Assembly: GCA_029838215.1 (NCBI GenBank)
Contig: JALGVI010000042.1
Span: 1-25,851, forward strand
DNA: 25,851 nt
Source of the DNA: Candidatus Helarchaeota archaeon
GTDB lineage: Archaea > Asgardarchaeota > Lokiarchaeia > Helarchaeales > RDOG01
Direction: 5' to 3'
Within the stretch, counting starts at the first letter, position 1. Every line of letters begins with the position of its first letter. The position numbers and the translations under genes were made by a program. The notes beneath the pieces were generated by a model that worked only from the letters and a program-made list of their open reading frames with translations, was not told the DNA's origin and did not search any database. Below, one piece after another: positions 16,544-25,851 of the stretch.

Positions 16544-18562
16544 TTAACTCTTCACCACCGGAATCATTAACGTTCCATCAATTAAGGCTTCGAATGTATT
16601 GTTTCGATAATAGCGCAAGCTCATTGCGTTATTCTTGCATACACTCGGACAGGCTCCACACCCACGGCACTTGATTTCATCGACAACGGCATGTCCGTTC
16701 TCTATTGTAATGGCAGAGTAGGGGCATATTTGCACGCAAAGTTCACACGCACTGCATAGTTTGTAATCACAAACAGCTCTGACCAGTTCAATTTCATACT
16801 TGCCTTGTGACATCAATATTGAGGCGGCTTGTGCTGCACCCCGTCCTTGGTTCACGGAAGCATCAACCGCTTTTGGTCCTTGTGCAAATCCTGCGATAAA
16901 CACGCCTGGTGTCTTTGTATTAATCGGATTAAGACGGGCATGAAATTCCTTGAGATATCCGCTTGGACCGCGTTCCATTTTCATGATAGCGGCAATTTCA
17001 TCGGTTCCTTGAGAGGGATAGGGGGTCGTGCTCAAAACTACCAAGTCTGCTTCGTATTCGGAGACACCATCCTCGGTTTCCAGGTAACAAATGAGATTTT
17101 TTGTATCGGGATCTTCTTCGACCATTCCAACATTAGCACGAATGAAAGTAATGCCTTCGTTTCGCGCGCGAAGATAATATTCTTCGTAGTCTTTTCCCGG
17201 CGTGCGTATATCGCGATACGAAACAACGATTTCAGCGTCAGGATATTCGCTCAAGACAAGTTTTGCATTCTTGATCGTTACCAAGCAACAAACTCCTGAG
17301 CAGAATGCATATTCTCCTTCTTTTGTTGACCGAGCACCAACGCAATTGACCATCATTATTTTCTTAGGATGCTTTCCGTCGGATGGACGAACCAGATGTC
17401 CTTCGGTTGGCCCATTTGGATTAAGAATTCTTTCAAGTTGTATTTGATTTAGCACGTTATCGTAAATTCCAAGTCCGTATTGTGGCGTGACCTTGTTGTA
17501 GATGTTCCATCCCGTTGCAACAATGATGGTACCAACAGAGACCGTCTCAGTTTCCGGTTCTTGACTCATGTCAATCGCAGAAACTTCACACACTCGACTG
17601 CACGCATAGCAATGAACGCAGAAGTCCATGTCAATATTTGCCTTGGCAGGAACTGCTTGGGCAAAAGAGATGTCAATGCACTTTCGCGGGGAAAGCCCAT
17701 ATTGGAACTCATTTGGAAGAACGATGGGACAGACTTCAAAACAAGCTCCGCACCCGTTACAAGCATCCGTAACATACCACGGATTCTTTTGAACCGTGAT
17801 ATTAAAATTTCCAACGAAGCCCGATACGTCTTTTACTTCCGTATTTGTCCAAAGCGTGATGTTTGGATGCCGATTGACTTCAAGCATGACAGGACCCAAA
17901 ATTCAGATGCAACAATCATCTGTTGGAAATATCCTGTCCAATCTCGCCATGGTTCCACCGATTGTCAAATCCTTCTCAATGAGATATACGTGATATCCTT
18001 CATTAGCAAGATCCAACGCGGCAGAAATCCCTGCAATGCCACCACCAATGATGCAACACTCGTTCTTCACGTTTACGGTTCTCGTGGGAACTTTTTCCAA
18101 AAGGGCTGCACGATTGACAGCTCCGGAAATGAGTTCCATTGCTTTTTGTTGCGCAATATCGGGTTCTTTCATGTGCACGAATGATACGTGTTCTCGGATA
18201 TTTAAGAATTCAAGATTCCTCGGCGGCACGTCCGTTTCTTTTAGAACGGCATGGAAAACCGGTTGATGTGTTTTTGGCGTGCATGCACAGAGAACGACTT
18301 TATCAAGGTTTTCTTTTTCGACGTGTTCCTTGATAAAAGCCGCACCCGGTTCCGAGCAAAGTGCAACATTCTGGTCGGCATAATCAACATATGGTAGTCC
18401 TTTGGCATAAGTCACCAGTTCGTCAACGTTTAAAACGCCTGCAATGTTTTTACCTCAACGACAGATGAAAACCCCAATACGAGGTTCTTCATTCTGTTCG
18501 GTATCTGCTACATTTTTTTGTGCGATCACCATTCTTAATACTTCCAATGCAATATCTTTCAT
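16544..18562 (-). CDS. hdrA: Selenoprotein heterodisulfide reductase subunit A (FAD/Fe-S), 672 aa with Sec36 and Sec220
   Basis: One reading frame joins ORF-track pieces 17903..18415 and 16544..17899 to an upstream segment: RIGVFICR-U-GKNIAG (TGA 18455-18457), FAD motif IIGGGIAGISAAL, FPTDDCCI-U-ILGPVM (TGA 17903-17905), CNGCGACFEVCP, VNCVGARS, YAFCSGVCC and CSACELCVQICP. An AGGAG ribosome-binding site lies 5 nt before the ATG at 18562. Confidence 0.94.
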
Positions 18563-18567
18563 CTATT

Positions 18568-18572
18568 CTCCT
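18568..18572 (-). promoter_or_regulatory. Shine-Dalgarno-like AGGAG before hdrA
   Basis: The - strand reads GAAAGGAGAATAGATG, which supports the 18562 start. Confidence 0.55.
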
Positions 18573-18733
18573 TTCTGGTAATGCACCACCTAGAAAATGA
18601 ATTAAGATGTAAGTTTGGTATTCTGAAGGTTAAAGAAATTATTAAATCTTTGGGACAACTCGTTTCTGAAGAACGGAATCATGTTAAAAAAGCCGATTAA
18701 AATCGCTTGACATGCTCATTGATAATCATCCAT

Positions 18734-18747
18734 GAAAAATTTTTAAA
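18734..18747 (+). promoter_or_regulatory. Possible BRE/TATA element for gap in the divergent hdrA-gap spacer
   Basis: GAAAAAT-TTTTAAA lies about 70 nt upstream of the gap ATG. The region is AT-rich, so specificity is low. Confidence 0.3.
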
Positions 18748-18816
18748 CCAAATCGGTCATAGTGTAATCACCATTAAAAAAATCCAATCTAATGATTTAA
18801 ATGAGGGATTTATGAA

Positions 18817-19818
18817 ATGACAATAAAGATCGGTATTAATGGGTTCGGTAGAATTGGAAAATTAGTCTATCGAGCCATTATCGAACAAAAAGCAGATATT
18901 GAAGTCGTTGGCATTAACGATTTAACTGATACCAGAACATTGGCATGGCTATTCGAGAATGATTCTACTTTCGGCAAATTGTCTGTTAGCGTCGGTTATT
19001 CCGATTCTGCACTCATTATTGACGGAAAAGAAGTACCCGTGAGCTCCATCCGGAATCCTACGGAACTTCCTTGGTCAAAACTCGGAGCAAAAATCGTAGT
19101 TGAGAGCACGGGAATTTTCCGAAAGAGAGAACAGGCAGCTCAGCATTTGACCGCAGGTGCTCAGAAAGTGATCATCAGTGCCCCAAGCCCCGACCCCGAT
19201 TTCACCGTGGTCATGGGTGTTAATGATGACAAATTAACCGGGGAACATAAGATCATTTCTAACGCTTCCTGTACCACGAACAGTCTCGCACCCCCTGTAA
19301 AAGTGCTCAATGAAAAATTTGGAATTGAATCAGGTGTCATAACAACGGTACATAGCTATACGAACGATCAACGGATTCTCGATTTCATCCATAAAGACCT
19401 TCGCCGAGCGCGTGCCGCCGCAGTTAACATAATTCCCACGACAACCGGCGCAGCCGTTGCAGTTGGAAAGGTCATACCAGAATTAAATGGTAAATTAAAC
19501 GGCATTTCGTTAAGAGTTCCAACACCCGATGGTTCTGTTACAGATCTCGTTGCCAAACTAAAGACGGATGTCTCAAAGGAAGACATTAATGCCGCTTTAA
19601 AAGCTGCCGCAGAGGGTCCATTAAAAGGAATTATTCGATACACCGAAGACCCAATCGTTCTTAAAGACATCGTTGGCGATTCCCACTCTTCCATTATCGA
19701 TGGTGGCATGACCATGGTCATTGGTGGAAGTCTCATCAAAATTCTCTCATGGTATGATAACGAATGGGGATTTAGTAATAGAATGGTCGATCTAATCAAA
19801 AAGATTGATGCCCTCTAA
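18817..19818 (+). CDS. gap: Type I (bacterial/eukaryotic class) glyceraldehyde-3-phosphate dehydrogenase
   Basis: [33 protein letters not shown], catalytic [29 protein letters not shown] and [10 protein letters not shown]. Confidence 0.97.
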   Translation: MTIKIGINGFGRIGKLVYRAIIEQKADIEVVGINDLTDTRTLAWLFENDSTFGKLSVSVGYSDSALIIDGKEVPVSSIRNPTELPWSKLGAKIVVESTGIFRKREQAAQHLTAGAQKVIISAPSPDPDFTVVMGVNDDKLTGEHKIISNASCTTNSLAPPVKVLNEKFGIESGVITTVHSYTNDQRILDFIHKDLRRARAAAVNIIPTTTGAAVAVGKVIPELNGKLNGISLRVPTPDGSVTDLVAKLKTDVSKEDINAALKAAAEGPLKGIIRYTEDPIVLKDIVGDSHSSIIDGGMTMVIGGSLIKILSWYDNEWGFSNRMVDLIKKIDAL

Positions 19819-19846
19819 TTTTATCTCTTTTTTTTATCCGATTTTT
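19819..19846 (+). terminator. Oligo-T tract after gap
   Basis: TTTTATCTCTTTTTTTTATCCGATTTTT directly follows the TAA, in a convergent junction. Confidence 0.45.
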
Positions 19847-19867
19847 GTCAAGCACTTTTAAATGTCG

Positions 19868-20758
19868 TCAAGTAGAAATATATTTGTTTTTTTCAATTTC
19901 GATCTTCCCTACATCCACCAAGAACTCCAGATGCTTTCTTACCATTATTCTCTCTGCCGGCTCATAAAATTCCGGTGGTTCAGGGAGTCGTCCATAGATC
20001 ATCGTTTTTGAAACGATCTCATCCAAGGTTTTCGGTTCATTCAGGAAAGTCAAAATTTTTTCATTTCTTTCATCGATTTTGCACAAGAATTTGGCCAGAT
20101 GTTCATCGATTTTCTCGGTAAAAACGCCTTTATGACTCGTTACCAACATGTTCGGTGCTTGTCTCGCTACCATTTTTATGGATTCTTGAAAATCCCTGAT
20201 ATCGCAGTCAATTGCGCCATACCAAGGACCAAAAGAACTGAGATCGATGTCCCCCGAGAAAATCAGGTCGTTGCCTCTAATCTTAAAAATGGAATGCCCA
20301 GCAGAATGACCCGGTGCGTGAATGACCTTGACCTCAATCGATCCTAAATCGAAGACGTGGTCGCTTGTAAAGATCTTGAGGGCTTTCAACGGCGAATAAT
20401 TCATCGACTCGAAAAAGGCATTCACGATGTGTTCGATCTCCTTGCCATCAATTCCATAAAGTTTCAATAATTCCGGTCTTGATTCGGCGGGCTTCTTGTC
20501 CTTTTCATGAATGAAACGCGATGTCGTTGTAAAGAGCTTGGACTCGGAGATGTGGTCTTCGTGAGCATGTGTATAAACGATGAAATCCGGCTGTCCGAAC
20601 TGTTTGATGAGTTTCCTGAGAGCTCTTCGACCTGCACCAGTATCTATCAACAAGGTTTTCCGATCATTTATGAATAAAGAATTCGCAAATGGATACCTGC
20701 CTTTATTTTTGCCCGGAATGAACCAAATCTTGTCCAAAATCTCTTGAAATTCAACCAA
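19868..20758 (-). CDS. Metallo-beta-lactamase-fold hydrolase (glyoxalase II-like) with a C-terminal extension
   Basis: LLIDTG, HAHEDH (HxHxDH), HAPGHSAGH, FSGD and TSH metal-ligand motifs. Confidence 0.9.
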   Translation of the reverse strand: MVEFQEILDKIWFIPGKNKGRYPFANSLFINDRKTLLIDTGAGRRALRKLIKQFGQPDFIVYTHAHEDHISESKLFTTTSRFIHEKDKKPAESRPELLKLYGIDGKEIEHIVNAFFESMNYSPLKALKIFTSDHVFDLGSIEVKVIHAPGHSAGHSIFKIRGNDLIFSGDIDLSSFGPWYGAIDCDIRDFQESIKMVARQAPNMLVTSHKGVFTEKIDEHLAKFLCKIDERNEKILTFLNEPKTLDEIVSKTMIYGRLPEPPEFYEPAERIMVRKHLEFLVDVGKIEIEKNKYIST

Positions 20759-20847
20759 TATTCACAACTCAGAGTGGGTTTCATTTAATAATTTCAAGCT
20801 CTTAATTATTTCTTATAACTAGCAGAATAACTCGGTTTTAAAGATTA

Positions 20848-21201
20848 ATGATCGAGGAACATCCATTAAGAATTGAAATTATTGGGAAGTGTTTTTGCGT
20901 AATGGTGGACGAGCTAGAACATGTTCGGAACCTGAATCGGTTTTTATTTGGAACGAAAATGAAATCATATCGTCCTTCCTTATTTGGTTCTTTACGTGTG
21001 ATCGAATTCATTCCGAGTTTAATATCAATCATGCCGTCTTTCACGCAGGATATCCTGAATCGGTTGCTTCTAATGCCGCAACGAAGTGGTTTCAAGACAC
21101 AACCCCGTGCATTGATAGAATTCTTGAAATTCATATTCAGGATGATTGGAAAGATGGAAATCATCTATGAGGAGAGTCAAAAAACTGAAGCCGCAAAATG
21201 A
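20848..21201 (+). CDS. Hypothetical protein (117 aa)
   Basis: It fills the gap between the divergent promoter region and the URO-D gene and ends 7 nt before the likely URO-D ATG. No motif is recognised, and competing ORFs overlap it. Confidence 0.5.
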   Translation: MIEEHPLRIEIIGKCFCVMVDELEHVRNLNRFLFGTKMKSYRPSLFGSLRVIEFIPSLISIMPSFTQDILNRLLLMPQRSGFKTQPRALIEFLKFIFRMIGKMEIIYEESQKTEAAK

Positions 21202-21208
21202 TGACGTG

Positions 21209-22330
21209 ATGACATCAAAAGAGCGTTTTAATACGGCCGTTCAGTTGAAGGAGCCCGATCGCGTTCCCATCACTCCTTTAATGGATTATTATCATGCGTT
21301 TTGTGCAGGGATCACGCCCGTGGAATACGTGCTCGGCGATTTTGAAGTGGCTGCAAGAGCGGTGAGAGTGACTCATGAACGACACGGAAACAATCTTGAC
21401 ATGGCTCACATACCAATAGGACGAATTTATGCTTTTTTCGAGCCCATTCCTGCGGCTCATTCGGGTTTTTATCAACGGCTTAAAATCCCTAATGAATTGG
21501 GGCAATCCCTGCAATTTATCGAAGATCCGATCCTCGACATCAATGACTTCCCCTTGCTTTACAAGGAAGGGTTTAGCCGCTTGTGGCGTCCCGTAAATCC
21601 AAAACAGATTCGCAAGACGCTCCATGACTTAATCAAGATAAAAAAATTCATTGATTACTGGGAGAAAAAACGACAGGTCCCCATCTATACGGGTGGAGCA
21701 ATTGTGACACCACTCGAAACATTATCTTATTTATGCGGAATCAAGCGATGGAGTCGATACCTCCGGAAAAATCGTGAAGAACTCAAGCAAATGTGCGACT
21801 TCATGATAAAGGGCATGATGGGGATGGATTATTTTCTGAAAAAGATAACGGGCATTGATCGTGCTTACGTGTGCCTTGAACGCGTTTCAAACACGTTCAT
21901 TTCCGAAAAGATCTTTGAAGAATTGGTTTATCCATACTTAGAAATAATCGTCAAAGAAAATAATAAGATGGGATTGACGAACCTCTTTCACATGGATACC
22001 GAGTGGACACCATTTTTTCATCTATTTGCACGATTAATTGAAGAAAATAAGGGAAAATATATACTGCACTTGGAAAATTCGGATATTTTTCAAGCCAAGA
22101 AAGTGATTGGAGACGCTGGAGGAGCCATCATGGGCAACGTTAATTCCACGTTGCAAACCATCGGAAGCCGGCACGAAATCGAGAAGTACGTGCAGAAGTT
22201 GATCGATATTTGCGCGCCTGGTGGTGGTTTTCTACTCGGTTCTGGTTGTGAAATCTCCTCCAATGCTCCTTTTGAAAACATACAGATAATGATCAATCAC
22301 GCAAAAAAACACGGAGTTTACCGGAAGTAA
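21209..22330 (+). CDS. Uroporphyrinogen decarboxylase (URO-D)/MtaA-CmuA superfamily protein, function unknown
   Basis: MTSKERF..A...EPDRVP, FISEKIFEELVYPY, FHMDTEW, AKKVIG..AIMGNV and GGGFLLGSGCEI..NAPFENI. The start is placed at ATG 21209 from the family-typical MTSKER; the ORF track starts at 21146. Confidence 0.85.
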   Translation: MTSKERFNTAVQLKEPDRVPITPLMDYYHAFCAGITPVEYVLGDFEVAARAVRVTHERHGNNLDMAHIPIGRIYAFFEPIPAAHSGFYQRLKIPNELGQSLQFIEDPILDINDFPLLYKEGFSRLWRPVNPKQIRKTLHDLIKIKKFIDYWEKKRQVPIYTGGAIVTPLETLSYLCGIKRWSRYLRKNREELKQMCDFMIKGMMGMDYFLKKITGIDRAYVCLERVSNTFISEKIFEELVYPYLEIIVKENNKMGLTNLFHMDTEWTPFFHLFARLIEENKGKYILHLENSDIFQAKKVIGDAGGAIMGNVNSTLQTIGSRHEIEKYVQKLIDICAPGGGFLLGSGCEISSNAPFENIQIMINHAKKHGVYRK

Positions 22331-22383
22331 ACATTAAGGGCAAGGATCTCAAGAAAAATAAAAAAATGGGAATTGGGATTTCC

Positions 22384-23214
22384 TCAGGCAATACGTTCTC
22401 CAGTCAGAGGCGGCAAGGAGTTATATACTTCTTCAATGTCGATGATTCCTAACTTTATGCCGCGGAATTTTTTGATTCCCTTGTATTTTCCCTTAATCTG
22501 GAACATGATTATCTTCAAGGACAGTCCCAAGCATGCAATTTCGACATTCTCAGGTATTTCAAGGATTTCTTTTTTGAAAGGGCTAATTGGAAAATAAACC
22601 CGTCCCTTGTCAGCAGGTTTCAATGCAATTACAGGAATTATCGTTGGATAGCCATCTTCTTGGAGGTAAGTTATGTATTTCAACGTGAGTAGCTTGTTAA
22701 AATGATTGAATGTCAGCCTGTTTAATTTATCAATCTCGTGCGAGTTCTTTACGGCTCCTTTTGCGATAACGCTCTTGACAAGGCTACCTGCCAGTTTTAA
22801 GATGTTTATTTTCTGTCGATCCACGTGATGAATGTTGATAAATCCGGCTCTAGAAATTCCGCTGTACGCATTATATTTGAATATCGAGCGATTATTGAAG
22901 TATTCAAATGTTTCGCCCGATGTTTCCCAATGTGTAAAATCCCCAGGAATGTTCCAAAAATTAAGCCCGAGATCCATGAACGCCGACGCAACCTTGTGAT
23001 TTCCTTGATCTATGTTTACATTGGTCTTGCCCCACATAAAATCCGCAAAAATCACGGTTTTTGGATCTTTTGCATACAAAGACGCAATGAAGGCGAGATT
23101 TGGCTTTCCATTTTCATCGGAAGTGGCCAGCAACTTCACCATTACTTCAGGAAGAAATTTTGGGATGTCTTCTTCCAATAGTTCGTTCATTCTCAACGTA
23201 TCATTCCTCAACAA
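22384..23214 (-). CDS. Tandem pyridoxamine-5'-phosphate-oxidase-like (FMN-binding split barrel) protein
   Basis: Two related halves: VKLLATSDENGKPNLAFI..TVIFADF..GKTNVNI and LKYITYLQEDGYPTIIPV..GRVYF. It follows the GRE stop by 3 nt; the start may be the later ATG (MNELLEE). Confidence 0.72.
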   Translation of the reverse strand: MLRNDTLRMNELLEEDIPKFLPEVMVKLLATSDENGKPNLAFIASLYAKDPKTVIFADFMWGKTNVNIDQGNHKVASAFMDLGLNFWNIPGDFTHWETSGETFEYFNNRSIFKYNAYSGISRAGFINIHHVDRQKINILKLAGSLVKSVIAKGAVKNSHEIDKLNRLTFNHFNKLLTLKYITYLQEDGYPTIIPVIALKPADKGRVYFPISPFKKEILEIPENVEIACLGLSLKIIMFQIKGKYKGIKKFRGIKLGIIDIEEVYNSLPPLTGERIA

Positions 23215-23217
23215 GAA

Positions 23218-25629
23218 TTAAATGCGATGTGATTCCCGCGAAATTATTTCATCTTGAATTACTGCACCCAAAGTCACGAAGTATGCGTTATATCCCGTCA
23301 CGCGAACCAGCAGATTTCGATAATCTTCAGGGTGTTTCTTCGCTTCTCGCAGCATGTCCGCATTAATCATGTTAATCTGCAATGCCGTTCCTCCAACATC
23401 AACGTAGGTGCGTAGCAGGTCCTTGAATTTCTTTGCATGTTCTGCATCACGTAGGATTGCGGGATTGAATGAGATGGTATGGCTGGCGCCATTCGATGCC
23501 TTGTGCAAGCCCACTTTTCCAACGGATTTTATCACGCTCGTGGGTCCATTTTTATCGGCACCTGCAACGGGACATATTCCATTGCTCAGGAACATTCCGT
23601 GCTTTCGTCCATCGGGTGTTGCTACTTGTAGATTACCATAAGTGACCCAATAATTCCAGCTCAAATATCCTGCTCTATATTTTTTACCCGTGGGCGTTCG
23701 ATACTTCAAGACTTCACTCGTCCAGATGTCATTGACCAGTGCTGCCATCTCGTCCGCTTCATCACTATCACAACCAAATTTTGGTGCCTTGTTCAAGAGC
23801 CTCTGGCGAAGCGGTTCATTACCTTCATAATTCTTTTCAATTGCAGCAATCAACTCTTTCATTGAAACGGACTTTTCATCATAGATGAATTTCTTGACTG
23901 CGAGCAAGGAGTCAACAGCCGTGGCAAAACCAATGCCTTCGACCGTGATGAAATTATAAAGGGCGCCACCCTGCGTGATATCGCGTCCGCTCTCGGCACA
24001 ACCATCAACCAACATCGAAACGTATGGGGTGGGTTCAAAGTTAGCCCGAAGTTTATCGCCCAAGTTGTTTAAGTTGATTATGTAATTTACTAAAAACTTT
24101 ATTTGTTTTTTATATGCGTCAAGGAACTCGTCAAATGTCTGGAAGCGGAGAGGGTTTCCAGTTTTCAAGCCCCACTTCTTTCCAGTAAGTAGGTCCTTCC
24201 CGTTGAACAGGACAAATTCAATTGCCTTTGAAACGTTCAAATTCACGTCGACCGTTCCCGACCTGTCACACCCTTGTAGTGTATTTTCCAAGCATCCCAC
24301 AGGTGCGTAATCCCATAATTTATCCTTGGGTAGTCCTTGGAATTCCAGACCGCGAATGGAGTTTTCGTCAAAATTCAATAGAAATGGCGCACCCTGAGCC
24401 CTTGAAATCATGTCTACGATCTTGTCTAATAATTTTTCGGGAGTTTTTTTATGGAGACGAACGTTCGGTTTCGGTTCAAGCATGTTGATTTCATCGATCA
24501 CGTCAAGCATTAGATAGGTAAGGTCATTGGTAAGGTCTTCTCCGTTGGGTCCCAATCCCGATAATGTTATTAACTGACCGAACGCAGAAGTGATGCCTTG
24601 GTTCGAGCCGACCCGCGCTTGATAATCATATACATAATTGCATTTTATCCAAAAGCATTGCAATATTTCCTTCGCGAAATCTCTAGTTATTGCCTGTTTT
24701 TCGATATCCTTCTTGTAAAAAGGATAAAGATATTGATCGATTCGCCCAAAGGAAACACCCGGTCCGGGATATGATTCTGCGGACATTAATAAAGCATGAG
24801 TGAACCAGAGGCTTTGAACGGCTTCCCAAAAGGTTTCAGCGGGTTCCCACGGAACTCTTCGACAAATACGTGCCATTTCAAGGAGTTCTTTCTTTCTATC
24901 GGGATCCGTTTCATTAGCCGCAAGCTCTTCAGCCTTCGCCGCATAACGATATGCCCAATCCCTTGCAGTTTCTGCGCTGTGGATTAGAGCAATCAATAAG
25001 TTCTTTTTATCAACTTCATTCCGTGAACAACTTGCAAGCAACTCTTTGAAATATTTCGTGAGTTCCTTGAATCCTTCCTTTAGGACCTTTGGATAGTTTG
25101 GAATGAGATGTCCGGGGGTTGGACCACAATTCCCAATTGCCACGTCACTCATTGCCATCACGTTCTCAATGAACTTGTCTTGCATCTTCTTGTGTTTCTT
25201 TGCTTCTTTTTTATTCAGACACCTGGACAAAGCCGTATTAAAACGCCCACCTGCAATTAATTCTCCGTCTAATATGTCGATGTCTATATATTTTGTCATG
25301 ACTTCTTTTAAAAACAGGGACTTGCGAATGATTAGCGGCTGTTCCCAGAAATCCGTTGGTAAATCTACTTTCTTTGCACAAGCTAACAAGCCAATTAAAA
25401 AACTCCGAATGAACATGTGAATTTCTGGAGCAACAGTAAAGCCAGTAGGAACCCAAACCTGATCCCATGGTGTTCCCGTTGTATAAGGATCCACTTCATT
25501 TGTAAATTTCCCATTTTCAAAGCGTTCCTTAAAATTAAAATAATCGTCTCTAAGTTTTCTTATCCGGTTAGATAAATTCTCTGATGGTCCCCATACTTGA
25601 GACCTAAAATCACACGAATCTGATGCCAT
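23218..25629 (-). CDS. Glycyl radical enzyme, single-Cys (PflD/eliminase-like) class, substrate unknown
   Basis: Gly-radical loop LLVRVTGYNAYF (Gly779, 23293-23295) and active-site VGCLEN (Cys446, 24292-24294). Also present are SFGRIDQYLYPFY, PAETFWEAVQSLW, ATPDGRKHG and NGASHTISF. Confidence 0.92.
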   Translation of the reverse strand: MASDSCDFRSQVWGPSENLSNRIRKLRDDYFNFKERFENGKFTNEVDPYTTGTPWDQVWVPTGFTVAPEIHMFIRSFLIGLLACAKKVDLPTDFWEQPLIIRKSLFLKEVMTKYIDIDILDGELIAGGRFNTALSRCLNKKEAKKHKKMQDKFIENVMAMSDVAIGNCGPTPGHLIPNYPKVLKEGFKELTKYFKELLASCSRNEVDKKNLLIALIHSAETARDWAYRYAAKAEELAANETDPDRKKELLEMARICRRVPWEPAETFWEAVQSLWFTHALLMSAESYPGPGVSFGRIDQYLYPFYKKDIEKQAITRDFAKEILQCFWIKCNYVYDYQARVGSNQGITSAFGQLITLSGLGPNGEDLTNDLTYLMLDVIDEINMLEPKPNVRLHKKTPEKLLDKIVDMISRAQGAPFLLNFDENSIRGLEFQGLPKDKLWDYAPVGCLENTLQGCDRSGTVDVNLNVSKAIEFVLFNGKDLLTGKKWGLKTGNPLRFQTFDEFLDAYKKQIKFLVNYIINLNNLGDKLRANFEPTPYVSMLVDGCAESGRDITQGGALYNFITVEGIGFATAVDSLLAVKKFIYDEKSVSMKELIAAIEKNYEGNEPLRQRLLNKAPKFGCDSDEADEMAALVNDIWTSEVLKYRTPTGKKYRAGYLSWNYWVTYGNLQVATPDGRKHGMFLSNGICPVAGADKNGPTSVIKSVGKVGLHKASNGASHTISFNPAILRDAEHAKKFKDLLRTYVDVGGTALQINMINADMLREAKKHPEDYRNLLVRVTGYNAYFVTLGAVIQDEIISRESHRI

Positions 25630-25851
25630 GAACAGTCCTTCTTTTACATCAGGAATGATGGTTATTCATAAATAAATCCTATTAGTGATATTCGTTTAAT
25701 CTCAAATAAAATACAGATTCAAGACATAAAATATTTTTTTAACGAAAAATCATGCATGTTTTTGGAAAGAGCCCAAACAGGTTTTTTTCTTTGAACGATT
25801 AAAAAATTGAGAAAAAAGGTGAGAAAAAACGCTCATTTCGTTTCTTTTAAA

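Noticed and set aside
16829-18184. 156-aa and 234-aa + strand ORFs
   Set aside because: Both are antisense to well-supported hdrA and have no recognisable features.
16120-18562. hdrA and mvhD as pseudogenes with nonsense mutations, or a genome-wide UGA reassignment
   Set aside because: All four TGAs fall at conserved Cys positions and a SECIS follows. TGA is used as an ordinary stop elsewhere (cheD 3238-3240, kinase 8446-8448, longin 5931-5933).
21146-22330. Annotation as hemE
   Set aside because: The HemE signature is not seen; only superfamily-level similarity is supported.
22806-23366. Several short overlapping ORFs (118 aa +, 88 aa -, 69 aa -, 61 aa -)
   Set aside because: They overlap better-supported genes in other frames and have no motifs.
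23218-25629. Annotation as pyruvate formate-lyase (pflB)
   Set aside because: It lacks the adjacent Cys-Cys pair of PFL; it has a single Cys in GCLE.
14833-25629. Apparently higher GC in the metabolic half of the window, suggesting horizontal transfer or a chimeric join
   Set aside because: Judged only from spot checks, and explainable by amino-acid composition (Gly/Ala/Cys-rich enzymes versus Lys/Ile/Asn-rich signalling proteins). A sliding GC3 or tetranucleotide analysis would be needed.

Overview
AT-rich archaeal window, very probably from an Asgard archaeon (Lokiarchaeia/Promethearchaeota-like). That assignment is inferred from gene content: longin and roadblock domains, a Rab-like small GTPase, and selenoproteins with a eukaryote-like SECIS. 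From left to right: (1) a + strand operon with a truncated ORF (possible gelsolin-repeat end), then cheR-cheB-cheD-cheC, ending in a roadblock/Rab-like GTPase fusion; (2) a convergent - strand signalling run of a 2050-aa cytoplasmic multi-PAS/GAF histidine kinase, a stand-alone receiver, an Lrp/AsnC regulator with a Cys-rich tail, a KaiC-like ATPase, a longin-domain protein and a helical protein; (3) a - strand hdrA-mvhD-fdhB-like redox cluster that the ORF track breaks into pieces, because four in-frame UGA codons sit at conserved Cys positions (selenocysteine), followed by an AUGA/GA kink-turn SECIS-type hairpin right after mvhD; (4) a bacterial-type GAPDH, a metallo-beta-lactamase-fold hydrolase and a URO-D-family protein; (5) a non-PFL glycyl radical enzyme followed by a tandem split-barrel flavin-binding protein. 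No rRNA, tRNA, CRISPR array or mobile element was seen. All family assignments come from motifs read by eye, with no database searches.
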